From Takakia lepidozioides (taxonomy: Eukaryota > Plantae > Bryophyta): a DNA stretch of 64,000 nucleotides. Of the stretch, positions 23,702 through 37,298 are shown in pieces; the stretch's first letter is position 1, and each line of letters starts with the position of its first letter. The translations under genes were made by a program, and so were the position numbers. The notes under the pieces were generated by a model, which worked only from the letters and a program-made list of their open reading frames with translations, searched no databases and was not told the origin of the DNA. Location: assembly GCA_030704615.1 (NCBI GenBank), contig CM060732.1:24986001-25050000 (forward strand). The letters are read 5' to 3'.

Positions 23702-26650
23702 CACTACAGGAAAAGGGGGGCCTTTGCGACGCCCGGGCCACGCTGCCATGTCGGGAAAACGACCATTTCGGGCCCGGCCGGCGCCGAATTTGCGACACAG
23801 GCGTCGCCCAAAAAGACGTCGCAACGACGCATGGGGGTCGCGAGCCCCCGCCCCAACTCCCGCGACTGCTGGACGTCGCTTTTCGGACCGTCCGCGCCAA
23901 TGGCAGGGGCCTCTTGCGAGCGACGTCTCGCCGTCGCTGCCCTCCAGCCGACGACATTGGTGGGGACGACGGCGCGGCGTCGTATCCCTTTTTTTTTCTA
24001 ACCTGCCCGGGAGTCCCATCTTAAAACCCAAAAACACGTGGCGTGAGCTGAGCGACACGCCAAGCGACACCAGTGCATCGCTGCAAGCGACTATTGGGCG
24101 TGGCAAAAAAACAGCATGAGTAGGAGTCAGACTCCGCCACGCCCAGGCGTGGGTTTGCGCTACACTCTGGCATCGCTTTCTTTATATTTAATCAAAAAAA
24201 TAAAAGACGTGAATTGGGGGTGGTTTTTGTTTTTTGCCTAGTTTTGTTTTTGGGGATGGGAGACCTTACAGCTTCCATTTCTCTGATTTAGCAGGTACAC
24301 AATTGAGCAAGCATGAATCGAGGGTGAGGATGGTGCGACACATGAATAAGATGGAAGATAGAAAGATAGAAATATATTTACAGGAAATGAGCTGAAAAGC
24401 TCACCAGGGTTTAGTAGGCTGACCCTTGGACGTACATGGACTAGGACTACTCATCCTCATCCTCAGTGGAGGACTCAGAGCTATCCGATGAGCCTGATGA
24501 CTCCGCGCCCTTTGCCAGAGCACCTAAATGAGGCGGCGTTCCCCTAAGTCCCACAGAGCTCTCATCCAATCCCTGGCCATGACCCCCGACCTCATCCATA
24601 CTAGTGCCCTGTAGTGCACTCATCCCCTCCGTGTTGGCCATGTTCTTCATGAGGGATTGCCAACCATGCTCCTTGGCGTAGTTGTACTCTACCGGAGATG
24701 GCTTCCTCTCAAACGCGCGTTGCTACACATGCCACAAATTAAAGTCAGTTCTTCGCGATGATGGAGCCAGAAAGAAGCCATAACAAAATCCATAGGGAAG
24801 TACGACTTACAAATCGTAAAGATAAAACCCTTGGATCCGTCGGTGCCCCACTTGTGTGTGGATTCGTGCTTGTCAAGGCGGACTGTTGTTGCTTCGCGTG
24901 TCCGGTCAAATTTGGCCTTGTTTGCAGCATCATTCTCTCCCGCAATGAATGCATCCCACGATACCTATGCACACCCCCCCCCTCCCCAAACAATTAGTGA
25001 ATTACACACATACGTTGCATCGAATCCATCTCATTAATGCACATGCGACAAATGGAAGGTGAAATGATTCAGGATTTGCCAACCTGGGTAATTCCAAAGG
25101 TGGTTTGGGTATGGTCCCCTTTTCCATTGCCCTCCGAATGATTTGTCTGGCACGGTACCTCCTGTCCTTCAAGTTTCGCCCCACCATCTCCATCACCCTT
25201 ATGTCACTCCAATTGCCCGGAAATCGGCGGTCTAACTCACGGGCATACGCCCACTTCGCGCCAAAGTGCTGATCAGCCCACTCGATGTGCAAAGGGAACC
25301 ACCTCATTGCGAGTTCGAAGGCTGGCTTCTTCATAGCCTCCCAGAACGCACCGCAGGGGTCACCATGGCGATTCACCTCCACCGGTGGCACCACGATCTT
25401 TGCCAACTCCACGTCATGTATTGCCAAGGCCATGTTCTTCTTCCCACCCTCTCCCTTCTTGTAGCCTCCTTCCCCTGCTCCTTTGTTACCCCACTGCCCT
25501 CCCCCGCATGCACACTCACCCCTTCCTCTCCATGGGGCTTCTTCTTCTTCTTCTTCTTTTCCTTCCCCTTCTCCACGACCATCTCATTCCCCTTCCCCGC
25601 TACTTCCTCTCTCTCCTTCTCCCTCTCCCTTCTCTCTCTCTCATCGGCAGCCCCTTCATTGATGGTAAAAGGATCTCGGAGTCGAGGCCTCTTCTTCTTA
25701 CCTTTGGTGTTCGGTCCTTCATGAACACCACGTGCTCTCCCTCATTGGCAACCCCACCGGACTGCACCAATGAGGCCAGCCATGTTGCTGCCTCCTGAAG
25801 ACAAATAACCCCTCCAAATTCAAAAAAAGAAACAAACAACAAAGAAAATCATGCATGCAAAGGAAAGGATAAAACATGGAACAAAGTGCGACAGTTGTAC
25901 CTTTGCAAGCTTGTCCGACTCATCCCCGATGTCACCCAATGTGGCAGGAGTCCCCGTTGCCGGATGTGCCCACGCTATCCCCTCTCGGAGCGCCACTGGA
26001 AGTAGATTCCAGATGTGGAGCATATGGCGGCGGCCCATACCTCCTCCATCCCCCCCCCCCCCCCCAAAATGCGTATCAGGGTAGAAGCCCTCACCCGGCT
26101 TGACTTCTTCGAGGCGCTTCGCTATCTCGGCCACTTCATTGGCCCTCCTCGTCTCCTCCTCCCTCATCGACAACATTGGGCTAGCAATGGAGGCTTTCAA
26201 AGGCCCTTGAACCTGACGTTGGGCCTTGGCAAGTGCAGCCTTTGCTGCGGAGGAAGGGGTCGCTATGGGGGGTGACATCCAAAAGTTGCCCATACCGGGC
26301 CCCCGAACGGGTGATGTGCTTGCCAAGGTACATTTCACCCGTCTTGGTGGCCGGGGTGTGCTCAACTGAGCATCCGGCTCAGCAACAACCTCCCGAATAG
26401 GAGAGCTGGCTGAGCCGCCCCTGGCGCATCCAAGATGTGGACAAGAGGGGGGTACTGGCCTCAGGGGGCAGACGAGCCCTCCAGCTGGCTATCGACGGGG
26501 CTGGTTAACCGTGAGACGCCCTGGCGTCACACGTGCCGGCAGAGCAAACGGATTGTCCCCCCTTTCTTGGGGCAGGGGACTTCTTCTCTTTCCCCATAAG
26601 CTGGCACCTGTCATGCAAACCCACAAGTTGGCCTCATTAGGAAACAACCT
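23702..26650. mobile_element. CACTA (En/Spm) transposon, one terminus plus internal gene; other end not located
   Basis: CACTACAGGAAAAGG at 23702, followed by GC-rich subterminal GCGAC/GTCGC repeats to ~24180. Sharp boundary with the flanking repeat. Confidence 0.7.
24447..26607 (-). pseudogene. Spliced CACTA accessory (TnpA-like) gene, frameshifted
   Basis: Exon-like ORFs at 26365-25900, 25795-25083, ~24960-24807 and 24723-24447 with GT/AG borders. Block WAYARELDRRFPGNWSDIRVMEMVGRNLKDRRYRAR and an acidic tail. The family assignment rests on position inside the CACTA element. Confidence 0.45.
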
Positions 26651-29059
26651 CTACATTCCAGATCAAAAACAAAAAAACCAAGCATGTCGGGGGCTGAGAG
26701 CAGCAAGTGCTGGGGTCTCAAGAGGGGGCAACAAAGAGAAAAGAAAAAGGTGGGGGGGGGGGGGGAGTGATTGAGCACCACCGGGCTAGTCTCCCCCCCC
26801 CCCCCCCCCCCCTATTTTTTTTTTTTTGGTTTCCTGATCTCTCCCTCTCTCTCCCTCTCTCTCCCTCTGGAAACTGGGCTTATGGAATTGTTGTCCCGAC
26901 TTCCATCTTTGAAGGAAATTGAAAAAATTGAAAAAATTGGGTTGCAGGGAATTTTGGATGTTTTTTCATCCCAAATACAAAAATAAAATAAAAATAGTGA
27001 AATATTTCTTCACTAAAATACCTGTGAGTTGCAAAACTCCCGTCAGTTTCTACTTTTTCAATCCAACCTGGATGAAAAAAAGACTTCATCCGACAGGACC
27101 TAAATACGGGGCAAAAACTGGTATAAACCCCCGATGTTTTTCATCTAACCTAGATGAAATATGGACTACATCCGTTGAGTGCAAGACAGGATGAAAGCAC
27201 GATGTCTTTCATCTTCCGCGAATGAGAAACGGACAACGTCCGTCGGGCGGACAGACTGGCGGATGTTTTTCATCCTGAGAAGGATGAATGACGGGCCAGA
27301 CAGGGGAAAAACCTGCGCAACCCTAATGTCTTTCTTTTTGCGCTGCGAGAGCGCGCGCGATGGCGGCTTGTGAGGAACGATGGTGCTCGTGCTGCAGATA
27401 CCTTGAGCTGCCAATCCTTGAGTGTTTATGGCTCATGTGAGCGCCGCCTAGGCGGGCTCTTTAAGGCAATGGCGGTGGTTTAGAGATGAGGGAAGATTCA
27501 CTGTCTCAGTTGTCTGTTTTTTTGCTGCACAAGGGAACCGCGGCAGTGATGGCGGAGGTACCACCTGCATGCTTATGACGTTTCCCTAGGAGCCCTCCTC
27601 TGGATCTTTGATGAATGGCGGCGTCTTGGTAGAACAAGGAAGTCTCTCTCCATCCCTTTATAAACCCTACCTTTTGAGACCAAGCTCTTTTTTCTTGTGC
27701 TTGGCAAGACTTTGCTTTGGTTAAGGTAGCAGTGTTGTGGTGTTGGCGGAGTCCTCCCTGCACGGTTAGGCTTGTGGAGAGATGGCGACTCTCCCCCAGA
27801 CACTAAAAAAAAATCTTTTTCTGTTTGTTTTGCTTCCCTGCTTTCTTTGGCATTCTCTGTGCTTAGATTGAAGTGTATTTGACCTCGATAGCAAGTGTGG
27901 AAGCCTGTTACTCACCTCACAATGCGTTGTGGTTGTTTTTGGGACGGGCACAGGTGAGGGCTTCCACTTAATATTTTGATGTCTAGGTGTTGTTGGATGC
28001 CAAGTGGGATTGCAGAGCAGGGGAAGGAATCGCTTGCCAGAGACTCATCTTAAAATGTTGAAAAACTAAACTACTCTATGGTTTTTCTTGATCCTACCTC
28101 TTTCCTTCCTTGATTTTTGAAGAACAAGTGTAATGCTTTCTACGATGGGCTAGTTCGGCCCAGCCAGTGGAAAACCTCTGTTATGTGGTGACAGCCTGAT
28201 TTATGATGGCTTGTGTGAGAGACACACATCTGTTTTCCAGGCCCTAGTTTGCTTCGCTTACCTTAGTGAGAGGCTGCAAGGAAATGGTTGCTGCAACTAC
28301 TCGGCTACCTCTGTTGGTAAAAGACCCATGTTATGTTCCAACCCAGATGGCTTTGTTAGCTAGATGCTTAGGCCAGGGTATGGTGAAGTTTCTGCCTGTG
28401 GCTATTAGGCTGACACTGAAATATGGCAGTAATATAAATGGTAAGTGGTTTTTGGGCAGCCAGGGTGGTCAAGTGGAAATACCCCCCTGGACATGGTGTA
28501 ATGACATGGTCAAATGTGGAATGATGTGAAGGGTGTATTGACAGTATCATATACTGTCACAGGATGTGTATACAGTCCTTTATTTTACCTTGCTGTGTTA
28601 TGAGCTTTGATTTTCAGCTGTAGCAAGAAATATAATAGGGGTATTCTGGAAAACTTACCAGACATATCCACATCCCCTGTGGGGGCAAGTTGTACTGCAC
28701 ACCAGTCTAAACTAATACTGGCAAGGCAAGATATTTAAATCTGTGATATCCAAGTGTTCTTTTCTTTCTTAAGAAAACCCTCCATGACACCCATGGGGTT
28801 TTAATAAGTATGCTTGGATTACAGCTTGCAGACAGTAAATCTGTATGATTATTTGACCTGCACCACATCAAGGCCAAAATATGGCCAAGTACCCGCCATC
28901 CCACCCAGACCTCTGTAAGTGTATCATGATCTTGACTGGTGGTCAGTCAGCATCAATGGCATACCCTTTGGGTTATGAATTATACTGACATGAACACTTT
29001 ACTGTGCATGGATATAATTCTGGATTTTCTAAGCTTGATGATTGATGGATGGTGCCACT

Positions 29060-29947
29060 TGTTAGAGGACTGTCAGGGACTTAGACACTTATACGGGATC
29101 TGTGGGGTACCCTTAATTTTTGCACAGACTGAGACCAACAGGAGCCTTAGGGGTGACAGCAGCGCACTTTAGGGGGGGTTACACAGCCCGTCACAGCCAA
29201 CACAGCCCGTCACAGTCCGACACAGCCACACAGCCAGTCACAGCCCGACACAGCCACACACACAGCCGTCACAGCCGTCACAGTTTCACACAGCCAGTCA
29301 CAGCTTGACACAGCTGTCACGACCATAGGGAACGGATAGCAGGACAGGGAACGACTGTGGGGAACAACACCTGCGAATGGAACATGTTAGTTCACGGACG
29401 ACGGTTAGTGAGGGAAACGGTTAGAACAACGGTAGGAAGATAAAGCTAGGAGCAAGGACTGAAAGGGGAACTTGGGGCTCGGAGGGGGGACTTCGGACAT
29501 CACGGAGGAGAGAGCATCTCTGAGCAGAAAGAGGGAGAGCACAGTAGGAGGAGGATCTGTTGATGCTTAATGAATGCAGCAGTAGAATTGTAATGTAGAG
29601 CAGATTAGAGACTCCATGGCTTCAGCCTGATACTTGATAGATATTAATCTGATACATACTTCATACTCACACTGTGTAGAGAGATCTGAGTGAAGCTGTG
29701 GAATGAATGATGAGTTGATGGAATCCGATAGATTGATGAAGCAAACTGATACTTAATTACCACAGTAAGGTAACTAGCTAACATGAATGCGGGAAGGAAA
29801 ACAAATAGGAAACACCCCATGATACACTAGCTGTAGGTCATGACTGATTGTTCTGAGCGGGCTGAGTACTTAGAGATTTCCAACTCTTCTATCTTGGAGT
29901 TTCCGCCTCGGATAGCGAAGGGATGGGTGAGTAAAAGCCGCGCGACA
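29060..29947 (+). repeat. 5' LTR
   Basis: TGTTAGAGGA...GCCGCGCGACA, matching 54496-55488. Contains a CACAGC tandem array at ~29180-29320. Confidence 0.95.
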
Positions 29948-29949
29948 TT

Positions 29950-29967
29950 TGGCGACCATACTGGGAA
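29950..29967 (+). promoter_or_regulatory. Primer binding site, probably tRNA-Arg
   Basis: TGGCGACCATACTGGGAA lies 2 nt after the 5' LTR. It resembles the complement of a tRNA-Arg 3' end (from recall). Confidence 0.7.
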
Positions 29968-29974
29968 CTGGGTC

Positions 29975-30535
29975 ATGAACAACCAGATGTGACAGGCATC
30001 TGGTGGGATCATGGTGGTTGGAGAATTAAAGAATTTGATGTGAATCAAATTCCTTGTGAAACTGAGAAGGAAAGATTGTCCAAACGATTCTTTCCAGAGG
30101 TTTTTGGAATTGCCAGACGGTTGTAAAGAAAACATTCTTAAGAGAGTGCATGATGCTGACCCTGAGTGGGGTCTGGAGAAAGGAGTGATAAAGATTTATC
30201 AGGTGGCCTGTAGAGGAAGAGCACGTTGGTTACCAACATTGGTTTATGTGATAGCATTGCTATCCATTAAGCGAGTAGAGTTTGAAGGCTGGGAGGAAAG
30301 AAAGGTGAATGTTTATACTCATATGCATGAAGAGCTTGTACTGGTAAAGAATTGGATTCCAAAGGATATTTTGTGGATCAAACTCACACCAAGAACAGCT
30401 TTCCAGACTTGTTTGCCATATGGTTATATGGTAACGGAGACTTCAAGTATAGCCAAGGGTGCATTGAAGCTTGAAAGAAACCCAGGCATATACGAGAGAT
30501 ATTACAGAAGAGAGTTTTGGTTATTGCCACATTAA
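29975..30535 (+). CDS. Extra ORF upstream of gag, unknown function
   Basis: 159-aa open stretch (30056-30535) between the PBS and gag. It probably extends to the ATG at 29975 through frameshifts. Confidence 0.5.
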
Positions 30536-30556
30536 AAGAAATGAAAGACATGGGAC

Positions 30557-32650
30557 ATGAGTGATGAAAGAGAAGCTAGACGCCAGAGATATTCAGCAAA
30601 AGAGAAAGCTATCTGAAAGCTAATTATCCATATCTTTGGGAGAGAGGAATAGACATAGGGGAATCATCTGGACCTCTCACACCATTAAGATCAAGAGTAC
30701 ATCACCCATACCGGAAGAACTAGAGTTGGATGCCACTCCTTCTGTTTCTTTGCAAGAAAGATTAAGGGAATTGGTACGGGAAGAAGATCAATCACGAGGT
30801 GAAAGATCTGAGGTACATCCCTGGATAAAAGATTTGACAGAAATCTTTGATAAGAGTTGGCATGGAACACCAAAAGCAGGAACTCCAGTTTCTGAAGCGG
30901 AAGGTGAAGAAGGAGGAGAGGATGTGGCAGAGCCAACGGAGAGTTCAGACTCTCCAACACCATTGCAGTTGAGTTACATGAGTGAAGAAGAAACCCAAGG
31001 GCAGAACTTGGAGGATGAAAACAGAGAGAAGAAATTGGAAGAGGAAGAATATGAAGAAGTAGACCCAACAGCTGAGGTTGAGACTACAACCAGGACATCC
31101 CAACCCGTTGGACCTGGATCAAGTGGAGCACTTGGATCACAGGCCAACGAAGGTGTCGGCTCAGGGGGATCAGGCGGGCTGCCTGGATCTGGCTCTGGGG
31201 GGACAGGGAGTGTGGGAAGTAGTGCAACTGAAGCTGGGAATACTGTGAATATCGTGGGGCCAGTAGCAGGGAGTGCTCAAGGGCCACCACTTGGTGGAAG
31301 ATCCACCACAACAACAACAGGTCCAAGGACCAGCACCAGCAAGGGTGCCAGCACCTGTCAGTGGGCAGAAGGTAGGGCCACAGATGGCGTTACAACCAAC
31401 ACGGGCAAAACCACCTTTTCCAATATATTCAGGAAAAGGGGATCCCGATGTACACATTAGCCAATTTGAGCACATGTGTATAGTGAACAATGAGAATGGC
31501 GATGATGCCAAGATGAGATTGTTTCCTTGTTCACTTATCAAGAAAGCAAGTGAATGGTATGCAAGATTCCCTGATAATCATTTCCTAACCTGGAATGGCT
31601 TGAATACAGCATTCCGAAATAGGTTCAGGACAAGTAAAACTGAGGATGAAGTGTATGGAAGTTTACAACAGTTAAAGCAAAAGAAGCATGAAACTGTTGA
31701 GGAGTATATGGAAAAGATGGAATTGATGATGAAAAAGCTGGCTGCAGTACCAGCACCAGGTTTACAGAAGACTTGGTTTGTGAGTGGACTAAGACCAGAG
31801 TTGCAAAAGAAAGTGGATATGTTACCCCATAATACAGTGGAGGAGGCATTTGAAACTGCAAACAGAATTGAGCAATTGGGAATGCTCAGGAGAGAAAAGG
31901 GATGATGAGGACTCTGAGGATGAGTCAGATGAAGAAGAAGAGCAAGAACTAAAAAGGAAGAGTAAGAGAAAGGAGAAGTTGAAGAGGGATAACTATGAGA
32001 AAAGATTGGAAGAAATCTTGAAGAAGTATGCCACAGAGGCTGCAACACATTGGAGGAAGGGTGTATGGTGTGCAAAGTGCCAGAATGAAGGCCATACCAC
32101 CACAGAATGCCACATGAAGGAGAAACACTGTACTATCTGTAAAATGGATAACCATTCTACTGAGAATTGTTACTACAACAGAAGGACAGCTGCAAGAGAA
32201 CCTAGGCAAGTAAGGGTGCATCAGGTGCAGCCCCAGCCAAGAAGAAACAATGATCAGGACCACTATGGTAGGTCTGGTGGTTATAACAATGGCATGGAAG
32301 GGAGAGGTAATTCAAGAGGGAATTACCAAGGAAATTCCAGAGGCAACTATCAGGGTAATCCAAGGGGGAATTACCAGCCCGGGAATCAGGATTACAGAAA
32401 TAATCCAAGAGCAGACCAAGGGCGAGGACCCAATGGTGAAGAACTATGTTACTATTGTAATCAGCCAGGACATCGCAAGGCAGCCTGTTCATTCTGGATT
32501 AGACACCAGAATGAGATGAGAGCTCCTGTGAATGAGGGCCCAGTGGTGGCAGCTCACATGGTTAGGCCATGTGTTGTACCAGAAGTAAGTACAATGATAG
32601 TAACAAGAAGTAAAGCCAAACTAATACCTCCAGTAGTGAGGAAGAGATGA
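30557..32650 (+). CDS. gag: Gag (retrotransposon gag domain plus three CCHC zinc knuckles), frameshifted
   Basis: YSGKGDPDVHISQFE...LFPCSLIKKASEWY...LKQKKHETVEEY. Knuckles CAKCQNEGHTTTEC, CTICKMDNHSTENC and CYYCNQPGHRKAAC. Confidence 0.9.
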
Positions 32651-32669
32651 TAATGAAGGTGGCAGTGAT

Positions 32670-35600
32670 ATGCCTGAAGATGATGAGGCTTGGAGAGATG
32701 AGAAGGAACTGCACAAGGAAGTGGCAGATACCATAAGGGAAATGCAGAAGAGTACTGATATTCCTGTGGCAGATTCCTCTGATTCTGATGGAGAAGAAGA
32801 AGTGAGTGAGGATGAAAGGAAGAAGAAGATGACTTTGGCTGAAGTAATATGCCAGACCAAAGCAGAGATTACCATTGGACAGCTATTGGCTGTGGCACCT
32901 TATTGTAGGCAGGCTGTATCAAGCAATCAATCGAATTGCCCAGGAGACAGGAAACACAGACCTGAACAGCAAGGTGACCAGTTATAATGTGAAGCCGGAA
33001 GGGCGAGAAACAGTCATGGACTTTGATGATTCTATGCCAGTAATCCAATTGAGAATTGGAAGCACAGAACTAACTGATGTACTGATAGATGGAGGTTCTG
33101 GAGTAAATATCATGACAGACCAATTAAGGAAGAAGCTTGGTCTAAGTAACATGAAAACAGCCCCATTTACAGTAACAATGGCAGATCAAAGAAGTGTACA
33201 GCCATTGGGATTAATAAGAGGAGTTAAGATACAGATACAGAAGATGATCTTTATGATCACAGTAACTGTGTTGAAGATGGATGAAGTCATGGAGGCTTAC
33301 TCCTTATTATTGGGACGTCCGTGGCTGAAACAGGCCAGGGTATTCCATGACTGGAATTCTCAGTTACTAACCGTGCATAATGGGATACACGAGATACAAA
33401 TTACCACAAAGAAATCTAGTAGATTACCTGCTACGAGAAGACCTCGAGGAGTCAGAGAGTATGACTGGAGAGGAGGACTGGATGAGGAGCAGGAAGCTAC
33501 CCTGTTTGCTGCACACCCAGAGTGGGAGCAGGTTGCAGAGATGCGGCTGGAAGGCCTAAGTTGTTTAAGGTATCTGCTGTGGTGTAGTGTCAACAACACC
33601 AATTGAAGAGGAAACCAGCAGTTACCCATCACATTTCTATGAAGAAAAAGAAGGAGAAATGGAAATCCTAGAGGAACCAGCCACTGTGAGTTTACAGGAT
33701 GAAGTGGTGACTGGTTGGACAATCACAGCTGATGAGCAAGTGAGGGAAGTGAATGTGGGAACTAAAGAGGAACGAGGATGGTGAAGGTAGGAGCTGATTT
33801 GGAGCCAGAATTCTTTGAAGAAGCTAAGAGTTTGTTCATCAAATACAGAGATGTATTTGCTTGGAGCTATGAGGATTTAAAAGGGATACCACCTGAAATC
33901 TGTCAGCATAAGATTGAACTGGAACCAGGGTCAGTACCAATCAAGCAGGCAAGGTACAGAATGAATCCCAACTACGCACAGAAGGTTGGAGAAGAGATCA
34001 AGAAGTTGGCTGAGGCTAAGTTTATATACCCAATAGAGTATACAACTTGGTTGTCACCCATTGTGATAGTTCCCAAGAAGAATGGTTTGTGTGAACTACA
34101 AGAAGCTGAATGCTTGTACGAAGAAAGATCCTTTCCCTTTGCCATTCACAGAAGCAGTATTAGACACTGTGGCAGGCCATGAGATGTACTCATTCATGGA
34201 TGGCTTCAGTGGTTATAATCAAGTGCAAGTGGCAGAAGAAGACCAAGGAAAAACAGCTTTCATCACAGACTGGGGTGCTTATGCATACAAAGTCATGCCC
34301 TTTGGACTTTGTAATGCACCAGCGACCTTTCAGAGAGTGATAAGTGAATCTTTTCATGAGTATCTGGATGATTTCATGCAGGTGTTCTTGGATGATTTCA
34401 GTGTGTACAGCTCTAAGAATGAGCACTTGCATAAATTGGAGTTATGTCTGGCCAGATGCAGGATGAGAGGTCTGGGCCTGAATCCAGAGAAGTGTACTTT
34501 CTGTGTGAACTCAGGGTGCTTCTGGGACACATTGTGTGTAAGAGGGGACTTCTTGTGGATCCCAGGAAAACAGAGGCCATTAAAGCCTCTCCACCACCAG
34601 TGAAATTAAGAGTCTAAGGAGATTCCTTGGACAAACCAGTTATTACAGAAGATTTGTCAGACGGTATGCACAGATAGCAGCACCATTGAGCAAACTTCTG
34701 AAGAAAGATGCAGTGTTTGCATGGACACCTGAATGTCAACAGGCTTTTGAGGAACTTACATTGTCAGTAACAACTACACCTGTGCTGATTTCCTCACTGG
34801 CAGAAATATTTCATGTTCACTGTGATGCTTCTGGAGAAGCACTAGGAGCGGTGTTAGCCAAAATGTACAGGAAGGATAGATTCACCTGTGTACTATGCTA
34901 GCCGATTGATGAACAATGCCGAAAAATTATAGCACAACGGAAAGAGAAGCATTGGCAATGATCTATGCAGTGAAGAAATTCAGGCATTACCTGTTGGGCA
35001 AGAAGTTTATGTTTTATGTGGATCACCAGGCTCTGATATACCTGGTAAACAAACCTCTGATAAGCGGAAGAATAGCAAGATGGTTAATAATCTTGCACGA
35101 GTTTGAGTTCGAGGTTGTTTACAAGCCTGGGAGACTGCATCTTGTGGCGGATCACTTGTCACGGTTATCAACAGGAGAACCAGCCACAGGAGTAGATGAT
35201 CAATTACCAGATGCGAGTCTATTTGTGGAGGTGCAGGAAGTGCAGATGACTGGTTAGATTGGCAGTGGCCAATCAGATACTACCTTGCTCATGGTCAGTG
35301 CCCACCAAGTTATGGAAAGGAGCAGAGAAAGAGAATTGCTATCAAGGCTCTACCTTACACTATGGTAGGGAGCAGAATGTATAAGCTAGGACCAGATGGA
35401 GTGCTGAAGCGATGCTTATACCACCATGAAGTTAATAAAGTTTTGGAGGAAGTTCATAAAGAGTGGCAGGAGGTCATTTTGGAGAAGAGACTACCAGCAG
35501 GAAAATACTACATGCAGGTTACTGGTGGCCTACTTTGTTCAAGATGTACACAAGTATTGTCAGAGTTGTGATGAATGTCAGAGGCTAGGACCTTTGCAGA

Positions 35601-36500
35601 GATCTGGGAAAATTGCAATGCCTACGGAACCATTTCAGAAATGGGGACTAGACTTTGTTGGACCAATTAACCCACCAGCCAAGAATACACAGAACAGGTA
35701 CATAATTACAGCCACTGATTATACTACGAAGTGGGTGGAAGCTAAAGCTTTGAGGGACAACACAGCCAAGTCCACAGCAAGGTTTCTGTATGAGAACATA
35801 CTTACACGATTTGGCTGTCCCTTGGAATTTATCAGTGATCAGGGAAGTCACTTCATTAATGAGACCATTGAATTGTTGACTAAAGAGTTCATGATTGTGC
35901 ATAGGAAGAGTACAACATATTACCCACAGGGTAATGGGCAGGCAGAGGCTACCAACAAAATACTATGTACTATCTTGGCTAAGATAGTCAATGCAAACAG
36001 AACGGATTGGGATACAAAGCTGCTGACAGCTTTGTGGTCATACAGGACTTCATATAAAGTCACCACTAAGTATACACCATTCCAATTAGTTTATGGTATG
36101 GAAGCCTTACTTCCAGTGGAATTCCTGTTACCTACCATGAGAACGGAATGGGGAAAGAGAATGGAATTGCAAGATTCCATTAAGTCAGGAAACATGAATT
36201 ATACCATGTGGAAGAAGTACCAAGTAGTGTGCTGATGCAGCTGATAATATGACCAGAATTCAGATGAAGAGGAAAGAACAGTTTGATGAAGGCAAGTTAA
36301 AGACTTTTAAGACGGAAGATTTGGTTCTATGGTTGCAGAAGAAGGGAAAGATTAAAGCTTCTAAGCTTAAATCACCATGGAAAGGACCTTATGTCATACA
36401 AAAGATGTATGATAACAACATTGCCATGTTACAAACCATTAACAAAGAGATGTTGGGAAGAGTCAATGCTAATAAGTTGAAGGGTACAGTGGTATCCATG
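32670..36500 (+). CDS. pol: Pol polyprotein (protease, RT, RNase H, integrase), multiple frameshifts
   Basis: Protease LIDGGSGVNIM. RT MDGFSGYNQ, MPFGLCNAPATFQR, FLDDF. RNase H HCDAS, NYSTTEREALA, VDHQAL. Integrase WGLDFVGP, ISDQGSHF, GNGQAEATNK. GPY motif WKGPY. Confidence 0.95.
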
Positions 36501-36629
36501 ACAAACCATTGCAGCATGATTTGCATGTTGAAACGCAAAAGCAGTCACGGGCTGCGCCAGTGTTACAAGGAGTATGGAGCACTTGTCGCTAGGACGAGCA
36601 TATATGACCAGGGCGGCAGAACAAGCGAG

Positions 36630-36815
36630 ACACAGCCTATCACAGCCCATCCAGCGACAGCATATCACAGCCCAGCACGGCGCACACAGCCTATCACGAC
36701 CTTACCACAGCGTGTCACAACCTATCACAGCTTACCACAGTGCATCATAGCCTATCACAGCTTACCACAGTGTATCACAGCCTATCACGGCATACCACAG
36801 TATGACACAGCCTAC
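36630..36815 (+). repeat. Internal ~21-bp tandem repeat rich in (T/A)CACAG
   Basis: CCTATCACAGCTTACCACAGTG-like units between the integrase and the 3' extra ORF. Confidence 0.85.
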
Positions 36816-37298
36816 TAGGGTTACACAATCCATAGAATCAGTGACAATGGACGCAGGATAACTTCAGTGAAATGGCGGCGGAAGAAAGGACGGAAGCCAG
36901 TTTACAAAGGACACGTGGAAGTCAAGGCGCAACACACAGCTGAGAAGGAAGTGCAAGAACGGATGTCATCAAGAAAAGGGACAAGAATGGCCGTCAAAAT
37001 ACCTAATCAGTGCGTCAAATTGGATGAATGGCATTAATGAATACAGAAAAGGGCAACAGAACAAACGGCAAGTACAGAAAAAACGAAATTCTTGTCACAT
37101 GTGTTATCCTAGTGGACAATCCAGCAGGGAAAGTCCACTAAAGAAAATTAAATCTAAAATCCAGTCACAGCGGTTACAGCCAATAGAAAGCCAGAGAAGG
37201 GATCAAGAAATTGGAGGGAAATTAAGCGCAAGAGTCGGCGTCGTTCTGAGTAACGGGCGTCTCGACGGGACAAACCTCAATGCTATAGCTTTGAAGCT

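Noticed and set aside
24608-24616. CCTGTAGTG as the partner TIR of the CACTA at 23702
   Set aside because: Only 9 bp match, it lies within coding sequence, and there is no AGT TSD and no subterminal repeats.
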